The notes under the pieces: model-generated
The model's database searches: none
Told to the model about the DNA's origin: nothing
Seen by the model: the letters and a program-made list of their open reading frames with translations, nothing else
Position numbers and translations under genes: made by a program
Assembly: GCA_021200315.1 (NCBI GenBank)
Contig: JAJQGU010000051.1
Location: 3,474-67,473, forward strand
Origin: Akkermansiaceae bacterium
GTDB taxonomy: Bacteria; Verrucomicrobiota; Verrucomicrobiia; Verrucomicrobiales; Akkermansiaceae
Length of the DNA: 64,000 nt
Direction: 5' to 3'
In this document: positions 18,662-28,354 of the stretch, piece by piece
How the letters are laid out: each line of letters opens with the position of its first letter
Numbering within the stretch: position 1 is the stretch's first letter

Positions 18662-19624
18662 TTGCTTGCGGCCGCGCTTCCGGACTGCTACTCTGGGCTC
18701 GTGAGTCTTCGACAGAAATTGAGGGAAATTCTCCCCGATATCCTGCCCGATTCCCCCGGCAGGGCGATCAAGGGAACGGAACTGATCAGGCGCGTCCGCT
18801 CCATTCTGGGCGGCAACTATTCGGATCGCTCCTATCGTTCGCAGTTTTCCCTGATGATGTTGGATCCGGAATCCTGTCTGGCCCGAGTAGAAAACGGGCA
18901 GGGCTATTACTTGCGGAGCCCCAATGAGGCAGGGAAGCGGTGCACCCGTTCCCTGCACGATTTGTTTGACCGGGAGAAGGGTGAGGATGAGGGAAATTCG
19001 TTTTTCCGGCAGCTTCTTGCACTGGGAGCCCGCTTTCAGGGTGCCTGCGGAAAGGGTGTGTTTGTCTTCCCCGATGAGGAAGAGGAAGCTTGGAACCATC
19101 CGGATCTCGTCTCCGTGACGTGGCCGTCCGGATATTGGGATTCGGGAGCCTACTGTTTTCTGCCTTCCGAAGGGCAGGAGGGCGCGCCCTTTTACCGGAG
19201 CGTGTGCCTGGCCTCCATTGCTGGGTTTGTCGGCGCCAAACGCGCGCTGTTCCGTGCGCTCGCCACTTCACTTTGGGCGGATGAGGCTGAACTGATGCTC
19301 TTCGGAAATGAGCTTTTGCCGGGGGATGAGGGGGAGCTTGTGCAGCTGGGTGCAATGTATGGCGTGGGGATCTTGCTCATCCCGCTGACGAATAAACAAT
19401 TCGATCACCTCCCTGGAGCGGGCGCCCTGTTTCGCGCCGACGACGAGGAATGGCGGGAGATGGCGCGGAACATACCCTGCCGGGTGTTGTTCCCGCCCCG
19501 TTTCCGCCGATCGCGTCTCCCTGTGGTTGAAGGGGATGAGATCGCCGTCGTTCGCTCTTGGGTGGAGGGCTGTCTTGCGCGGAGGAGAGTGGAGGCATGC
19601 GAACTGCGCGTCTCCATCTCTTGA
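18662..19624 (+). CDS. hypothetical protein with N-terminal winged-helix (HARE-HTH-like) region
   Basis: The ORF starts at a TTG at 18662 or a GTG near 18701. Residues ~15-85 (AIKGTELIRRVRSILGG..FSLMMLDPESCLARVENGQGYYLR) resemble a wHTH. The remainder is unassigned. It begins 6 nt after the EEP gene stop. Confidence 0.5.
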   Translation: MLAAALPDCYSGLVSLRQKLREILPDILPDSPGRAIKGTELIRRVRSILGGNYSDRSYRSQFSLMMLDPESCLARVENGQGYYLRSPNEAGKRCTRSLHDLFDREKGEDEGNSFFRQLLALGARFQGACGKGVFVFPDEEEEAWNHPDLVSVTWPSGYWDSGAYCFLPSEGQEGAPFYRSVCLASIAGFVGAKRALFRALATSLWADEAELMLFGNELLPGDEGELVQLGAMYGVGILLIPLTNKQFDHLPGAGALFRADDEEWREMARNIPCRVLFPPRFRRSRLPVVEGDEIAVVRSWVEGCLARRRVEACELRVSIS

Positions 19625-19628
19625 CACT

Positions 19629-20396
19629 TTATGCTCTGCCCGTACCCCAGCGGCGATGCAGCCAGCGTTCTGTGGGGGAGAAGAAGATCTTGTCCGTCAA
19701 TAATCCGATGACGATGATGACGAGCATGATGGCGATCACCTGATCCATACGCTGCAGCTCTCGCCCGAAGTGAAGATGCTGCCCCAGGCCGAATCCCGTG
19801 ACAACGGCCACGTAAATTTCCGCGGCCATGAGGGAGCGCCAGGCAAAGGCCCATCCCTGCTTCATTCCACTCACTACGAATGGAGCCGAGGCGGGCAGGG
19901 TGACGAGCATCAGAGTGCGCAGTGACCCCGATCCCATCGTCCGCGCCGCTCTTGTGTAAATGGGGGAAACATTGCTCATGCCTGTTTCTGTGGAGAGGGT
20001 GACGGACCAAAGCGTGCCCATGATGACCACAAAAAGGAGAGCTGCTTCCGTCTGTCCGAACCAAATGCATGCCAACGGCACCCAGCAGACGCTCGGCAGA
20101 GCCTGTAATCCTAGGGCGAGCACGCCGATTGTGTCGTGAACCATGGTGAAACGGGCAGCGAGCATCCCCAAGGGAATGCCAATGACGAGGCCGAGCGCGT
20201 AACCTGCAACGAGGCGCTTGACAGTGACCCACATGGCGCTGAACATCTCTCCGCTCGCGATGAGATCCGCCAAGTACTCCCATACCGAGATCGGGTCGGG
20301 CAGCACGTAGGGCGAGCAGACTCCGGCCTGGCAGAGGAAGTGCCAGATCGTCACGAGAGCGGCGAAAAACAGAACGGTGGTGGCAAGCCTTTTCAT
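19629..20396 (-). CDS. ABC transporter permease (nitrate/sulfonate/taurine type)
   Basis: 255 aa with about 6 TM segments and a BPD-transporter EAA-like loop (TRAARTMGSGSLRTLMLVTLP). Confidence 0.85.
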   Translation of the reverse strand: MKRLATTVLFFAALVTIWHFLCQAGVCSPYVLPDPISVWEYLADLIASGEMFSAMWVTVKRLVAGYALGLVIGIPLGMLAARFTMVHDTIGVLALGLQALPSVCWVPLACIWFGQTEAALLFVVIMGTLWSVTLSTETGMSNVSPIYTRAARTMGSGSLRTLMLVTLPASAPFVVSGMKQGWAFAWRSLMAAEIYVAVVTGFGLGQHLHFGRELQRMDQVIAIMLVIIVIGLLTDKIFFSPTERWLHRRWGTGRA

Positions 20397-20408
20397 GGGA
20401 AAACGGGA

Positions 20409-21245
20409 TCAATCGGATTCGGAGGCGTTTTGATATCCCTTCAGGGAGGAGGTGATGCGCACGGAATAATCCGCCAGTTCGACGCTGTTGATGTCCCGCG
20501 GCCGCAGCAGGTCGATCAGGAATTCTTCGCGGATGCGCCCGGGATGGGGAGAAAAGAGCACGACGCGATTGCCCAAGCACACCGATTCCCGCACGTTGTG
20601 CGTGACGAATACGATCGTCTTTCTGCGGGTTTGCCAGATCGTCTGGATGTCGCCGTAAAGACGCTCGCGAGTCATGGCGTCAAGGGCAGCGAAAGGTTCG
20701 TCCATCAGCAGAATGCGGGGGTTGGGAGCGAGAGCGCGCGCGAGAGCCACGCGCTGTTTCATTCCTCCGGAAAGCTCGTGAATGTTGGCGTGCAGAAAAT
20801 GGTCGAGCTTCACCAGGGAGAGATAATATTTGGCCACTTCGAGGCGCTCCTTGTTGTTGAGATTGGGTTTGAGCTTGAGGGCAAACATGACGTTGCCGAT
20901 GACGTCAAGCCAGGGGAAGAGCGCGTGTTCCTGGAACATCATCATGCGATCCCGCCCCGGACCTTCGATGGGCTGCCCGTCGATCAGGGCTTCCCCGCTG
21001 TCCGGTTTTTCAAGGCCGGCGATGATGTTGAGCAGCGTGGATTTGCCGCAGCCGCTCGGCCCCACGAAGCAGACGAATTCCCCTTCCTTGATGGTTAGGG
21101 AGACGTTGTCCAGGGCACGCACGATCCCTTGACTGGAGGTAAAGCTTTTGCTGACGTGTTCGATCGAAAGCTTGGCAGCGGGGAGCTGCTGCAGTTCCTC
21201 GTTGACACTGTTGTTCGTCTTTGCGGGAGGGGCGGTTGTCTTCAT
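20409..21245 (-). CDS. ABC transporter ATP-binding protein (SsuB/TauB/NrtD-like)
   Basis: Walker A GPSGCGKST, signature LSGGMKQR, Walker B ILLMDEPF. The true start is the ATG at 21245, which forms an ATGA overlap with the upstream gene's stop. The 136-aa N-terminal extension in the track is Arg/Gly/Ser junk. Confidence 0.9.
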   Translation of the reverse strand: MKTTAPPAKTNNSVNEELQQLPAAKLSIEHVSKSFTSSQGIVRALDNVSLTIKEGEFVCFVGPSGCGKSTLLNIIAGLEKPDSGEALIDGQPIEGPGRDRMMMFQEHALFPWLDVIGNVMFALKLKPNLNNKERLEVAKYYLSLVKLDHFLHANIHELSGGMKQRVALARALAPNPRILLMDEPFAALDAMTRERLYGDIQTIWQTRRKTIVFVTHNVRESVCLGNRVVLFSPHPGRIREEFLIDLLRPRDINSVELADYSVRITSSLKGYQNASESD

Positions 21246-22249
21246 GGTTGGGAAGGGATCTGGGATGACGGAGAGGGGAGCCGAGCCTTCATGCCGTCCA
21301 GCGGAGGAACGCGCCCCAGCAGGCCGGCGCTTTGCGCGTCGCGCACAAATTGTTCCATTCCTTTCATGTTCAGATTTGTAGTGGGTTTGAGACGCTTCCA
21401 CGAAGTTTCCACGAGTGAGGGATCCATGGGCGAGCGCATCAGCAGCGAGAGCTCGTCGGCTACCATTTTTTGAGCTTCCCGAGGGTGGTCGAGAATCCAT
21501 TGCGTGAGATCTTCGTGAGCCTTCACCAAGCGAGCCGCCCGCTCGGGATTCTCCCGGAGCCAAGCTTCGCGGGCGACGAGAACGGTGGTCACCACAGCGG
21601 TGTCCTCCACCAGGACGCGTGCGCCGGCTTCTCTTTCCAGACGTGAGACCCAAGGTTCGACCGTCCAGACGGCGTCGAGGTCTCCCCGTTGGAAGAGAGG
21701 CAGCTGCATGGAGTTGGATGTGGGCGTCACGTGCGCGTCTCCCCCTCCTTCCCGGGTGATGTGGAGCCCCGCTCTCTTCAGCCAGGCGCGCGCCGAAATG
21801 TCCTGCGTGTTGCCCAGCTGAGGCGTCGCCACCGTCTTTCCTGAGAAATCACGGCCGCTTTTCATGGATGCTCCGTCGTGCACGAGCAGAGCCGCTCCGC
21901 CGTCCACGGCACCAGAAAGCAGGCGTACCTCGCGCCCCCGAGAAATAGCGTAGGCGTTGATAGCTGGACTCGGACCCACATACGATGCGTCAATCGTTTT
22001 GCCGAATATCGCTTCCATCGCACTAGGACCGGCATTGAAAGAATACCATTCGATCTTGATGCCGGGCAGATATTTTTCGAACCACCCATCCCCGTTGCGT
22101 GCCATGCTGCGCGCCACGAGCGCCTGCACATGCGTGACGTTGGGGAAATGCCCGATGCGGAGCGTCTCCGTGTCTCCCTCATCCTGAGAGCAGGCGGCCA
22201 TCAGAATGCAGCAGAGGAATGCCGAGATCCGGAAAAGCGCACAAATCAT
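21242..22249 (-). CDS. ABC transporter substrate-binding lipoprotein (NMT1/SsuA-like)
   Basis: Lipoprotein signal (LCCILMAACS), then the periplasmic-binding pattern LRIGHFPNVTHVQALVA..GKTVATPQLGNTQD. Confidence 0.8.
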   Translation of the reverse strand: MICALFRISAFLCCILMAACSQDEGDTETLRIGHFPNVTHVQALVARSMARNGDGWFEKYLPGIKIEWYSFNAGPSAMEAIFGKTIDASYVGPSPAINAYAISRGREVRLLSGAVDGGAALLVHDGASMKSGRDFSGKTVATPQLGNTQDISARAWLKRAGLHITREGGGDAHVTPTSNSMQLPLFQRGDLDAVWTVEPWVSRLEREAGARVLVEDTAVVTTVLVAREAWLRENPERAARLVKAHEDLTQWILDHPREAQKMVADELSLLMRSPMDPSLVETSWKRLKPTTNLNMKGMEQFVRDAQSAGLLGRVPPLDGMKARLPSPSSQIPSQP

Positions 22250-22282
22250 CGCCGCAGATTATAACAAGCCCCGCTGGGATGG

Positions 22283-22771
22283 TCAATGGCGGGCGTTGTC
22301 AGTATGAACTTCCTGCGGAGAAGGGAGGAAACCGTCCACCAGAGGCTCCTGTACCGCAAACAGCTCCCGACGGAGTGCAGGGGTAGCGTCCAGATAGCCA
22401 TGGAGATGAACGAGACCATGCACCATGTACCGAAAGACTTCTTCCCGCAGGGGAATTCCATGCTTGCGCGCATAGCGTTCAGCGGTTTCTGCGCTGACGA
22501 CGACCTCGCCTAGGCCATTTCCGAGGGGAAATGTTATGACGTCTGTAGAGGTGGGGTCGTGGAGAAATTCTGCGTGTACGGAAGAGATGGTCTTGTCGTC
22601 GACAATGCTGACTTCAACGTGTTCTAATTCACTGAGCACATGATCGGGGCCGGCGGGCTGCGCCAGGAGGGCGGGGAGAAGTCGGTTCAGCGCTTTTTCA
22701 AAGTCTGCCGCGGCCAGTTCGTCGAGCCACGGAAGCCTCACGTGCAGATAGACTTCGACTTGAGGGCTCAT
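22283..22771 (-). CDS. ybeY: rRNA maturation endoribonuclease YbeY
   Basis: Zinc motif HGLVHLHGYLD (HxxxHxxxxxH), 162 aa. ATGA overlap with the upstream HD-domain gene. Confidence 0.9.
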   Translation of the reverse strand: MSPQVEVYLHVRLPWLDELAAADFEKALNRLLPALLAQPAGPDHVLSELEHVEVSIVDDKTISSVHAEFLHDPTSTDVITFPLGNGLGEVVVSAETAERYARKHGIPLREEVFRYMVHGLVHLHGYLDATPALRRELFAVQEPLVDGFLPSPQEVHTDNARH

Positions 22772-24450
22772 GACTTGACGTTTGGCGAGGGCTCCGCATC
22801 GCCCCCCTTTTCGGAGGGTGATGGCTCAGGCTGCTTCGCCGGAGATTTTCCAGACGGGATTTCCGGAGGGCTCGGATAGGCGATTCGGTTGTGAGACATC
22901 GTCTTGAGAGTGGCAATGAAGGAATTGCGAATTTTGTAGACGTCGCCGAAGGTAAGTCCGCTGTCGCGCAGTTCGTTGTCGCGGATGCGCCCTTTGATCA
23001 CTTCGTCGATCTTTTGTTCCACTTCTTCGAGTGTGGGGTTTTTCAGAGACCGCGCGGCGCTTTCCACGGCATCCGCCAAACTGATGATGCCGGATTCCCG
23101 GCTTTGCGGCCTGGAGCCATTGTAGCGGAAGAGCTCCTCATTGACGGGATCGGGTTTCGTGTCCGTCTGGCCGTTTTCAAATTGCTTGAGGGCGTCATTG
23201 TGGCGTGCCAGAGCCTGGTAATAGAAATATGAGGCGGTTGTGAGACCATGATGCTCCTTGATAACGTCGATGATGCGCGAATTGAGGCGATGTTTTTTTG
23301 CCAGCTCTACCCCTTCGGCAACATGTCCGATGATCTTGCGTGCGCTCATTTCGGGCGTGAGCCCATTGTGAGGGGAGGCGGAAGGGTCGGGGATGTTTTC
23401 GGAGAAGAACTGAGGGTAGGCGAGTTTCCCGATGTCATGATAGAGCGCCGAGACGCTGCATTGCGTTGCGTCGGCGTTCACTGCTTCGGCCGCCGTCTCG
23501 GCCAGACGGGAGACGACGATACTGTGGTGGAATGTGCCCGGTGCGTTCATCTGGAGCTTTTTGAGCAGGGGATGGTTCATATCCCCCAGTTCGAGCCAAG
23601 TGATGGGCGTACAGAGGTTGAAGATACGCTCGACAAGAGGCAGTGCTCCGCCGATGAAAATGCCCAAAAAAAGGCTCGTCCCGAACGCGCAGCCCGCAGC
23701 CATGCCGATGTGGCCGAGAATGAAAGACTCATCTGGCTTCCGCAACAGTTCGAATGTCGTGATGCTGACGAACACCAAGATGCCCGCGATGAAGCCCGAT
23801 GTGAGCGTCTGCTCGCGCTTTCGCAGCGAGACCGTGAGCATTACACTGACCAGGCCGGTGACCAAGCTTGCCGCGATGTAGGGCAATGCGTTTTGAGGCA
23901 GAAGAAGAATGGTGCCGAAAAAGCTCACGCACAAAGTGGCGAAGGCGCCCAGATATCTGCCCAGCAACGCTGAGACGAGCACGGGGGCCAGCATGTAGGG
24001 CATCAGAAACAGCGGCATCGGCTCCGCCGCCGTCTCGGATAAAAATCGGATCGCCTGCACCTGAAGAAGCACGATGAGGAGCAGATGCACGGCAATGATC
24101 AGCGAGGTGACCATAATCGTCTTGTTGGAGAGGATTCCCCTCCCTGCTGAGAGGCGGTAGAGAAAAGTCATCCCCATGAAGGCGAGGGTAATCCAGACAC
24201 AGCGGAACGCCAGAGGTCCGTCCGGAGTTGTGTCGCCGCTGAAACTCGCCAGCAAAATCAGCACGATGAGATCGATGAAGACCAGCAGTGCTGTGATGCG
24301 GCGGTCTGTGTCAAGCGTCCGCACCGCCGCGGTCTCCGACGAATCGGCGCTCCGTCGGAACCATTGAAGAAAAGAATGAATGATCGTCACAACAGAAGAG
24401 GCAGGAAGTTCGTTCCCGTGCATCTTGGAACAGGATGTCCCGCAAGGCAA
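22768..24450 (-). CDS. 7TM-HD membrane phosphohydrolase (PgpH/YqfF-like)
   Basis: Multi-TM N-terminal half followed by an HD domain (HHSIVVSRLAE..ALYHDIGK). It has the conserved position upstream of ybeY. Confidence 0.85.
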   Translation of the reverse strand: MPCGTSCSKMHGNELPASSVVTIIHSFLQWFRRSADSSETAAVRTLDTDRRITALLVFIDLIVLILLASFSGDTTPDGPLAFRCVWITLAFMGMTFLYRLSAGRGILSNKTIMVTSLIIAVHLLLIVLLQVQAIRFLSETAAEPMPLFLMPYMLAPVLVSALLGRYLGAFATLCVSFFGTILLLPQNALPYIAASLVTGLVSVMLTVSLRKREQTLTSGFIAGILVFVSITTFELLRKPDESFILGHIGMAAGCAFGTSLFLGIFIGGALPLVERIFNLCTPITWLELGDMNHPLLKKLQMNAPGTFHHSIVVSRLAETAAEAVNADATQCSVSALYHDIGKLAYPQFFSENIPDPSASPHNGLTPEMSARKIIGHVAEGVELAKKHRLNSRIIDVIKEHHGLTTASYFYYQALARHNDALKQFENGQTDTKPDPVNEELFRYNGSRPQSRESGIISLADAVESAARSLKNPTLEEVEQKIDEVIKGRIRDNELRDSGLTFGDVYKIRNSFIATLKTMSHNRIAYPSPPEIPSGKSPAKQPEPSPSEKGGDAEPSPNVKS

Positions 24451-24538
24451 TATTTTACTTTGTCATTGACGGAGAAGTCTCTCTCTCTCTGAAGAGAACG
24501 TGCATCTTCCAGGGGTGAGCCGCAGAAAACCTGCGGCC

Positions 24539-26140
24539 TCATTTTCGCCTTCCGGCCATCTTCGCGGCACTGCGAGCTTTTTCCTCTTCGCTCAGAATGC
24601 GTGGAAAGACGGGCGCGGGCGCGTGGACGGAATGGCCTGCCGGGAGAATCCCCCAAGCGAGGCTGTCCGGCGTCTTGTCTTGAAGCAACCGGGCCGCGTC
24701 GAGCTGGGTGAGCATGCGCGACGAGGCGTCAGGCAACACACAGCCCAGCAGGAAAGCGGCGTGGGCGCAGCTTTCGAGCAGATGTCCCAGAGCGCGGTCG
24801 AGCTCGCTTTTCTTTTCTGGCGATTTGGCGAGCGCCCAGGGCTGTTTCTGTTCGATATAGCTATTGCACGCCTTCACGTGGGCATTGAGCGCCGCGAGGG
24901 CTTCGGAGACCTGCGCTTGGTTCATCGCGTCAGAAAAGGAAGATTCCATTTTGGAGAGAGAGAGGCGCAGCTCGGAGGAGAGTTCGTCATCCCCCTCGGG
25001 AGCGGAGACGATGCCTCCGGAATATTTCATGCACATGTTGAGCGATCGATTGCAAAGGTTGCCCAAGTCGTTGGCCAACTCGGTGTTGTAGAGCATGACG
25101 AGCCGGTCGGGATCGAAGTCCGCGTCATGCCCCGTCTTGATGTCGCGCACGAGATAGTAGCGCAGAGCCTCGACTCCGAATTTGTCAGCTAACTCATTGG
25201 GATCAACGATATTGCCGAGTGTCTTGGACATCTTGCTGCCTTTGAGGTTCCACCATCCGTGTACGAGCAGCCCCGGCATATCTTCATCAGGCAGCCCGAT
25301 GGCGTGCAGCATGGCCGGCCAATAAATCCCGTGAGCCGGCACGAGGATATCCTTGCCGATCACTTCGCAGGCGGCCGGCCAAAGTTTCTCGAAGCGGGGA
25401 AGGGCGCTTCCTTCTTCGGCAAGATAGCCGGCAAAGGAGATGTAGTTGATGAGGGCGTCAAACCACACATAGGTGACGAAGTTCGGATCGAAGGGAAGAG
25501 GAATGCCCCACGAGAGGCGCTCTTTGGGCCGCGAGATGCAGAGATCGTTGTCAAAGGCTCTTTCAATGGCGTAGAGAAGCTCCTGTTTGCGGAAATTCGG
25601 CAGCACAAAGGAGGAGCTCTTTTCCACGAACCCTTTCAGCCATTCGGCTTGATCGGTAAGTCTGAAGTACCAGTTCTCCTCTTCGAGCTCGATCACATCG
25701 CCCCATTCCGGGCCGAAGTCTCCCCCCTCTCTGCGTTCCTTGTCGGTGAGGAACTGCTCTTGGCGCACGGAGTAGAAGCCCGTGTAGCTCTTCTTGTAAA
25801 GCAGACCTCGTTCTTTCAATTCCATGAGAATCCGCTGCACGCAGCGTTCGTGGCGGGGATCCGTCGTGGCGGCCCATCCGTCGTAGGAAATGCCGAGGCG
25901 TTTCCAGAGAGCGATGAATTGAGCAGTGACCTCATTGGCGTATTCCTGGGGGGAGACGCCTGCCTTTTCGGCGGATTGCTGAACTTTCTGGCCGTGCTGA
26001 TCCACTCCGGTGAGCAAATACACCTCTTCGCCCTGCATCCGGTGCCAGCGCGCCAGAACGTCCGCCAAGACTTTCTCGTACGCATGGCCGATGTGCGGGG
26101 AACCATTCGTGTAGTCAATCGCCGTAGTGATATAAAACAT
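24539..26140 (-). CDS. metG: methionine--tRNA ligase
   Basis: Class I signatures are present: YTNGSPHIGHAYE (HIGH) and GSKMSKTLGN (KMSKS). 533 aa. Confidence 0.95.
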   Translation of the reverse strand: MFYITTAIDYTNGSPHIGHAYEKVLADVLARWHRMQGEEVYLLTGVDQHGQKVQQSAEKAGVSPQEYANEVTAQFIALWKRLGISYDGWAATTDPRHERCVQRILMELKERGLLYKKSYTGFYSVRQEQFLTDKERREGGDFGPEWGDVIELEEENWYFRLTDQAEWLKGFVEKSSSFVLPNFRKQELLYAIERAFDNDLCISRPKERLSWGIPLPFDPNFVTYVWFDALINYISFAGYLAEEGSALPRFEKLWPAACEVIGKDILVPAHGIYWPAMLHAIGLPDEDMPGLLVHGWWNLKGSKMSKTLGNIVDPNELADKFGVEALRYYLVRDIKTGHDADFDPDRLVMLYNTELANDLGNLCNRSLNMCMKYSGGIVSAPEGDDELSSELRLSLSKMESSFSDAMNQAQVSEALAALNAHVKACNSYIEQKQPWALAKSPEKKSELDRALGHLLESCAHAAFLLGCVLPDASSRMLTQLDAARLLQDKTPDSLAWGILPAGHSVHAPAPVFPRILSEEEKARSAAKMAGRRK

Positions 26141-26205
26141 AGCGGGAAGTTTCTACCATGGAGGCGCTCTTTTGACAAGGAAAATCCGGATGCCGGCTCC
26201 GCCGT

Positions 26206-27234
26206 TCAGCGTTTCTCGCACCATTTCTTGTTGACGGCGGCAATGAATATCACTGCGGCAACGGAGAGAAAATCCGATTCGAAGGGTATCAGCCGCCCGT
26301 TGGGGTGTATGTGCCTCAGCAAGAGAAAAACGGGGACATGAAACAGATAGACGCCGTAGGTGAGCGAAGCGGCATAAGCCAGAATGGCTCTCCCGGATGA
26401 GCTGAACCTTGTTGGGTGCATCTCCGCCAGGACGGGGATGAGCAGAACGTAGAGGATGGTCACGCAGACGTCGAAAGGAAGCGTGTAATTGATGAAATGA
26501 AGACCGGCGTCCTGCGGCAGAACGAAAGAGGCGGTGTAAAGCCCCGCATACAGAATCAACAGAATGGCGCGGATGAGCCCGGGAAATGTTCCGCAGCCGA
26601 ATCGGGCGCAGAGCATGCCCGCCATGAATTGCCACACCCGGCAGAGAGGATCGAAATAGAGACCTTCTCCGAAGGGAGCCGCCCACGGAATTTGGAGAAA
26701 CCGCACCAAGGCCGTTGAGAAGAAAAGCAGAAAGAGACAAATTGCGGACGTCTTTCGGCTCATTGCCGCCCACAGAAGCGGCGTCAGCGCAAGGCAGAGG
26801 ATTTCTCCCTGCATATACCATGCCGGAATATTCACTATTTCAATGAATCCGTGAAGGGAGTAATGAGCCAGAGCCCACTGCTTCCACAGGGCGGTGAACG
26901 AAGCGTCCGGCGTCGTGGCTGTTCGGAAGGCAAGAACCGCTGCCGCAAACAGAGTAGATGAAAGCAAGGTGGGCAGGAGGCGCCGTGCCTTTGAGCGGAA
27001 AAAACGGAGGTTGTCAAAGGAGTTGTTTCTGAGACTGAGGGCGCATAAATATCCCGAAAGCACGAAGAAACCGATGACGGCGAGCGGCCCCGACGAAGGA
27101 CGCGGGTAGATGTAGTGGTAGAAGACGACGCCCGCGCACAGTAGGAGGCGAAGGGCGTCCAAACCGGCTAAATGATTGCCGGGGGATGGAGCGGACTCTG
27201 TGTCTGTAAGGGACATAAAAAGGAGCGGTGGCAA
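26206..27234 (-). CDS. acyltransferase family 3 membrane protein
   Basis: About 10 TM segments. The N-terminal GLDALRLLLCAGVVFYHY is typical of OafA/acyltransferase_3 proteins. Confidence 0.75.
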   Translation of the reverse strand: MPPLLFMSLTDTESAPSPGNHLAGLDALRLLLCAGVVFYHYIYPRPSSGPLAVIGFFVLSGYLCALSLRNNSFDNLRFFRSKARRLLPTLLSSTLFAAAVLAFRTATTPDASFTALWKQWALAHYSLHGFIEIVNIPAWYMQGEILCLALTPLLWAAMSRKTSAICLFLLFFSTALVRFLQIPWAAPFGEGLYFDPLCRVWQFMAGMLCARFGCGTFPGLIRAILLILYAGLYTASFVLPQDAGLHFINYTLPFDVCVTILYVLLIPVLAEMHPTRFSSSGRAILAYAASLTYGVYLFHVPVFLLLRHIHPNGRLIPFESDFLSVAAVIFIAAVNKKWCEKR

Positions 27235-27323
27235 ATCTAGACAAATGAAAGGATCTTGTCAATGCGAACTTTGCAGCCGCCCGCGGCAGACGGCACCATC
27301 CCTGGGAACGTATTTGAACTCTA

Positions 27324-28280
27324 ATGCAGCGAAAAGAAATTGCCAAGCGGCTCTCGAAAGCTATAATGCCGTCCATGCCGGGCTCATCGCGCAAGCGGAA
27401 ACAGAGGCCACCCGTTGAATACGGGGACTGGCGCGTCGCCGTGCCTCCTGGGACGGAACACAGGCGCTTCCCCTCTCTGAGGGAGACTCTGGCGCGTTCG
27501 CGCTGCCGTGCGCGTTTGGCTTCACAATCCGACTCATGGGAAGATGGTGTAATTGAATGCGGAGCTCTGCGGGGCTGGCCTCGCTTCTTTCGACTGGCGG
27601 CCGGCATTCTCGTCCTCTTGCCTCTGGCTCTGCTTTTGTGCATGGCGCTGTTGAGGCAGCTTTCCGGCTTTCATGTGGAGAAGGAATTCTGGGTGTCCGA
27701 TCCGGTATGGTTCTCCCTGTTGGGAGGCGCACTGTGTGTTGTGCTGATGTTCGGGCATGTGGTGGATGCGTTCGGAGCCTATGTTTACGTACTCGGCCAC
27801 GAATTAACTCACTACTTGGCCGTGTGGTGCAGCTTGGGGCGGGTGAAGGGCTTCTCCGTGACGATGGAGGGAGGATACGTGGAGACGACAAAAAATAATT
27901 TGTTCATTGCCTTATCTCCCTATTTCGTGCCGCTCTGGGCCATTTTGTGGGTGGCGCTTCTATGTCTGCTCCGCCTTTTCTGGGAGTTTGCCGCTTTCGA
28001 TGCGTGGCTTTACGGCGGAGCCGCATTCTGGGGTGCGTTCCATTTGTATTGGACGACGTGGATCATCCCTCGAGAGCAGCCGGATCTCGAGGAGAACGGC
28101 ATGTTCTTTTCTCTCATGATTGTCTACATCATGAACATGCTGCTCATGGCTTTTGTGCTCTGGTGCTTTCACCTTTTGTCATGGGACTCTCTCCTGGAGG
28201 ATTTTCTCTACGTCTGCCGTGAAAGCTGGGAGATGCTGTCCTTGCTGGCCGACAAAATCGCACAATGGACGGCCGAATGA
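27324..28280 (+). CDS. membrane protein with HExxH motif (putative intramembrane zincin)
   Basis: A basic cytoplasmic N-terminus is followed by 5-6 TM segments. VYVLGHELTHYLAVW sits at a TM boundary. The assignment is tentative. Confidence 0.5.
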   Translation: MQRKEIAKRLSKAIMPSMPGSSRKRKQRPPVEYGDWRVAVPPGTEHRRFPSLRETLARSRCRARLASQSDSWEDGVIECGALRGWPRFFRLAAGILVLLPLALLLCMALLRQLSGFHVEKEFWVSDPVWFSLLGGALCVVLMFGHVVDAFGAYVYVLGHELTHYLAVWCSLGRVKGFSVTMEGGYVETTKNNLFIALSPYFVPLWAILWVALLCLLRLFWEFAAFDAWLYGGAAFWGAFHLYWTTWIIPREQPDLEENGMFFSLMIVYIMNMLLMAFVLWCFHLLSWDSLLEDFLYVCRESWEMLSLLADKIAQWTAE

Positions 28281-28354
28281 GTTTTCGCCCCTCCTTCTGT
28301 CATACTGTGCCATTCCGTACGTCTATGCCATGCGGTGCGGGAAAAGACGGCCGC

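Noticed and set aside
17921-20580. 392-aa and 391-aa minus-strand ORFs overlapping the EEP/wHTH genes and the ABC permease/ATPase genes in other frames.
   Set aside because: Their composition is Arg/Pro/Gly/His-biased and they have no motifs. The competing frames carry EEP and ABC signatures.
21246-21653. The 136-aa N-terminal extension of the ABC ATPase ORF. Similar extensions occur on purD (30703-30870), purH (34557-34688), gltB (7186-7284) and the response regulator (53347-53505).
   Set aside because: The extensions overlap upstream genes or non-coding DNA and have junk composition. Internal ATGs coincide with the start of homology, in several cases with ATGA coupling.
24478-24490. A (TC)6 dinucleotide repeat upstream of the HD-domain gene, as a possible phase-variation tract.
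   Set aside because: The tract is short and intergenic, and there is no evidence of length heterogeneity from a single sequence.
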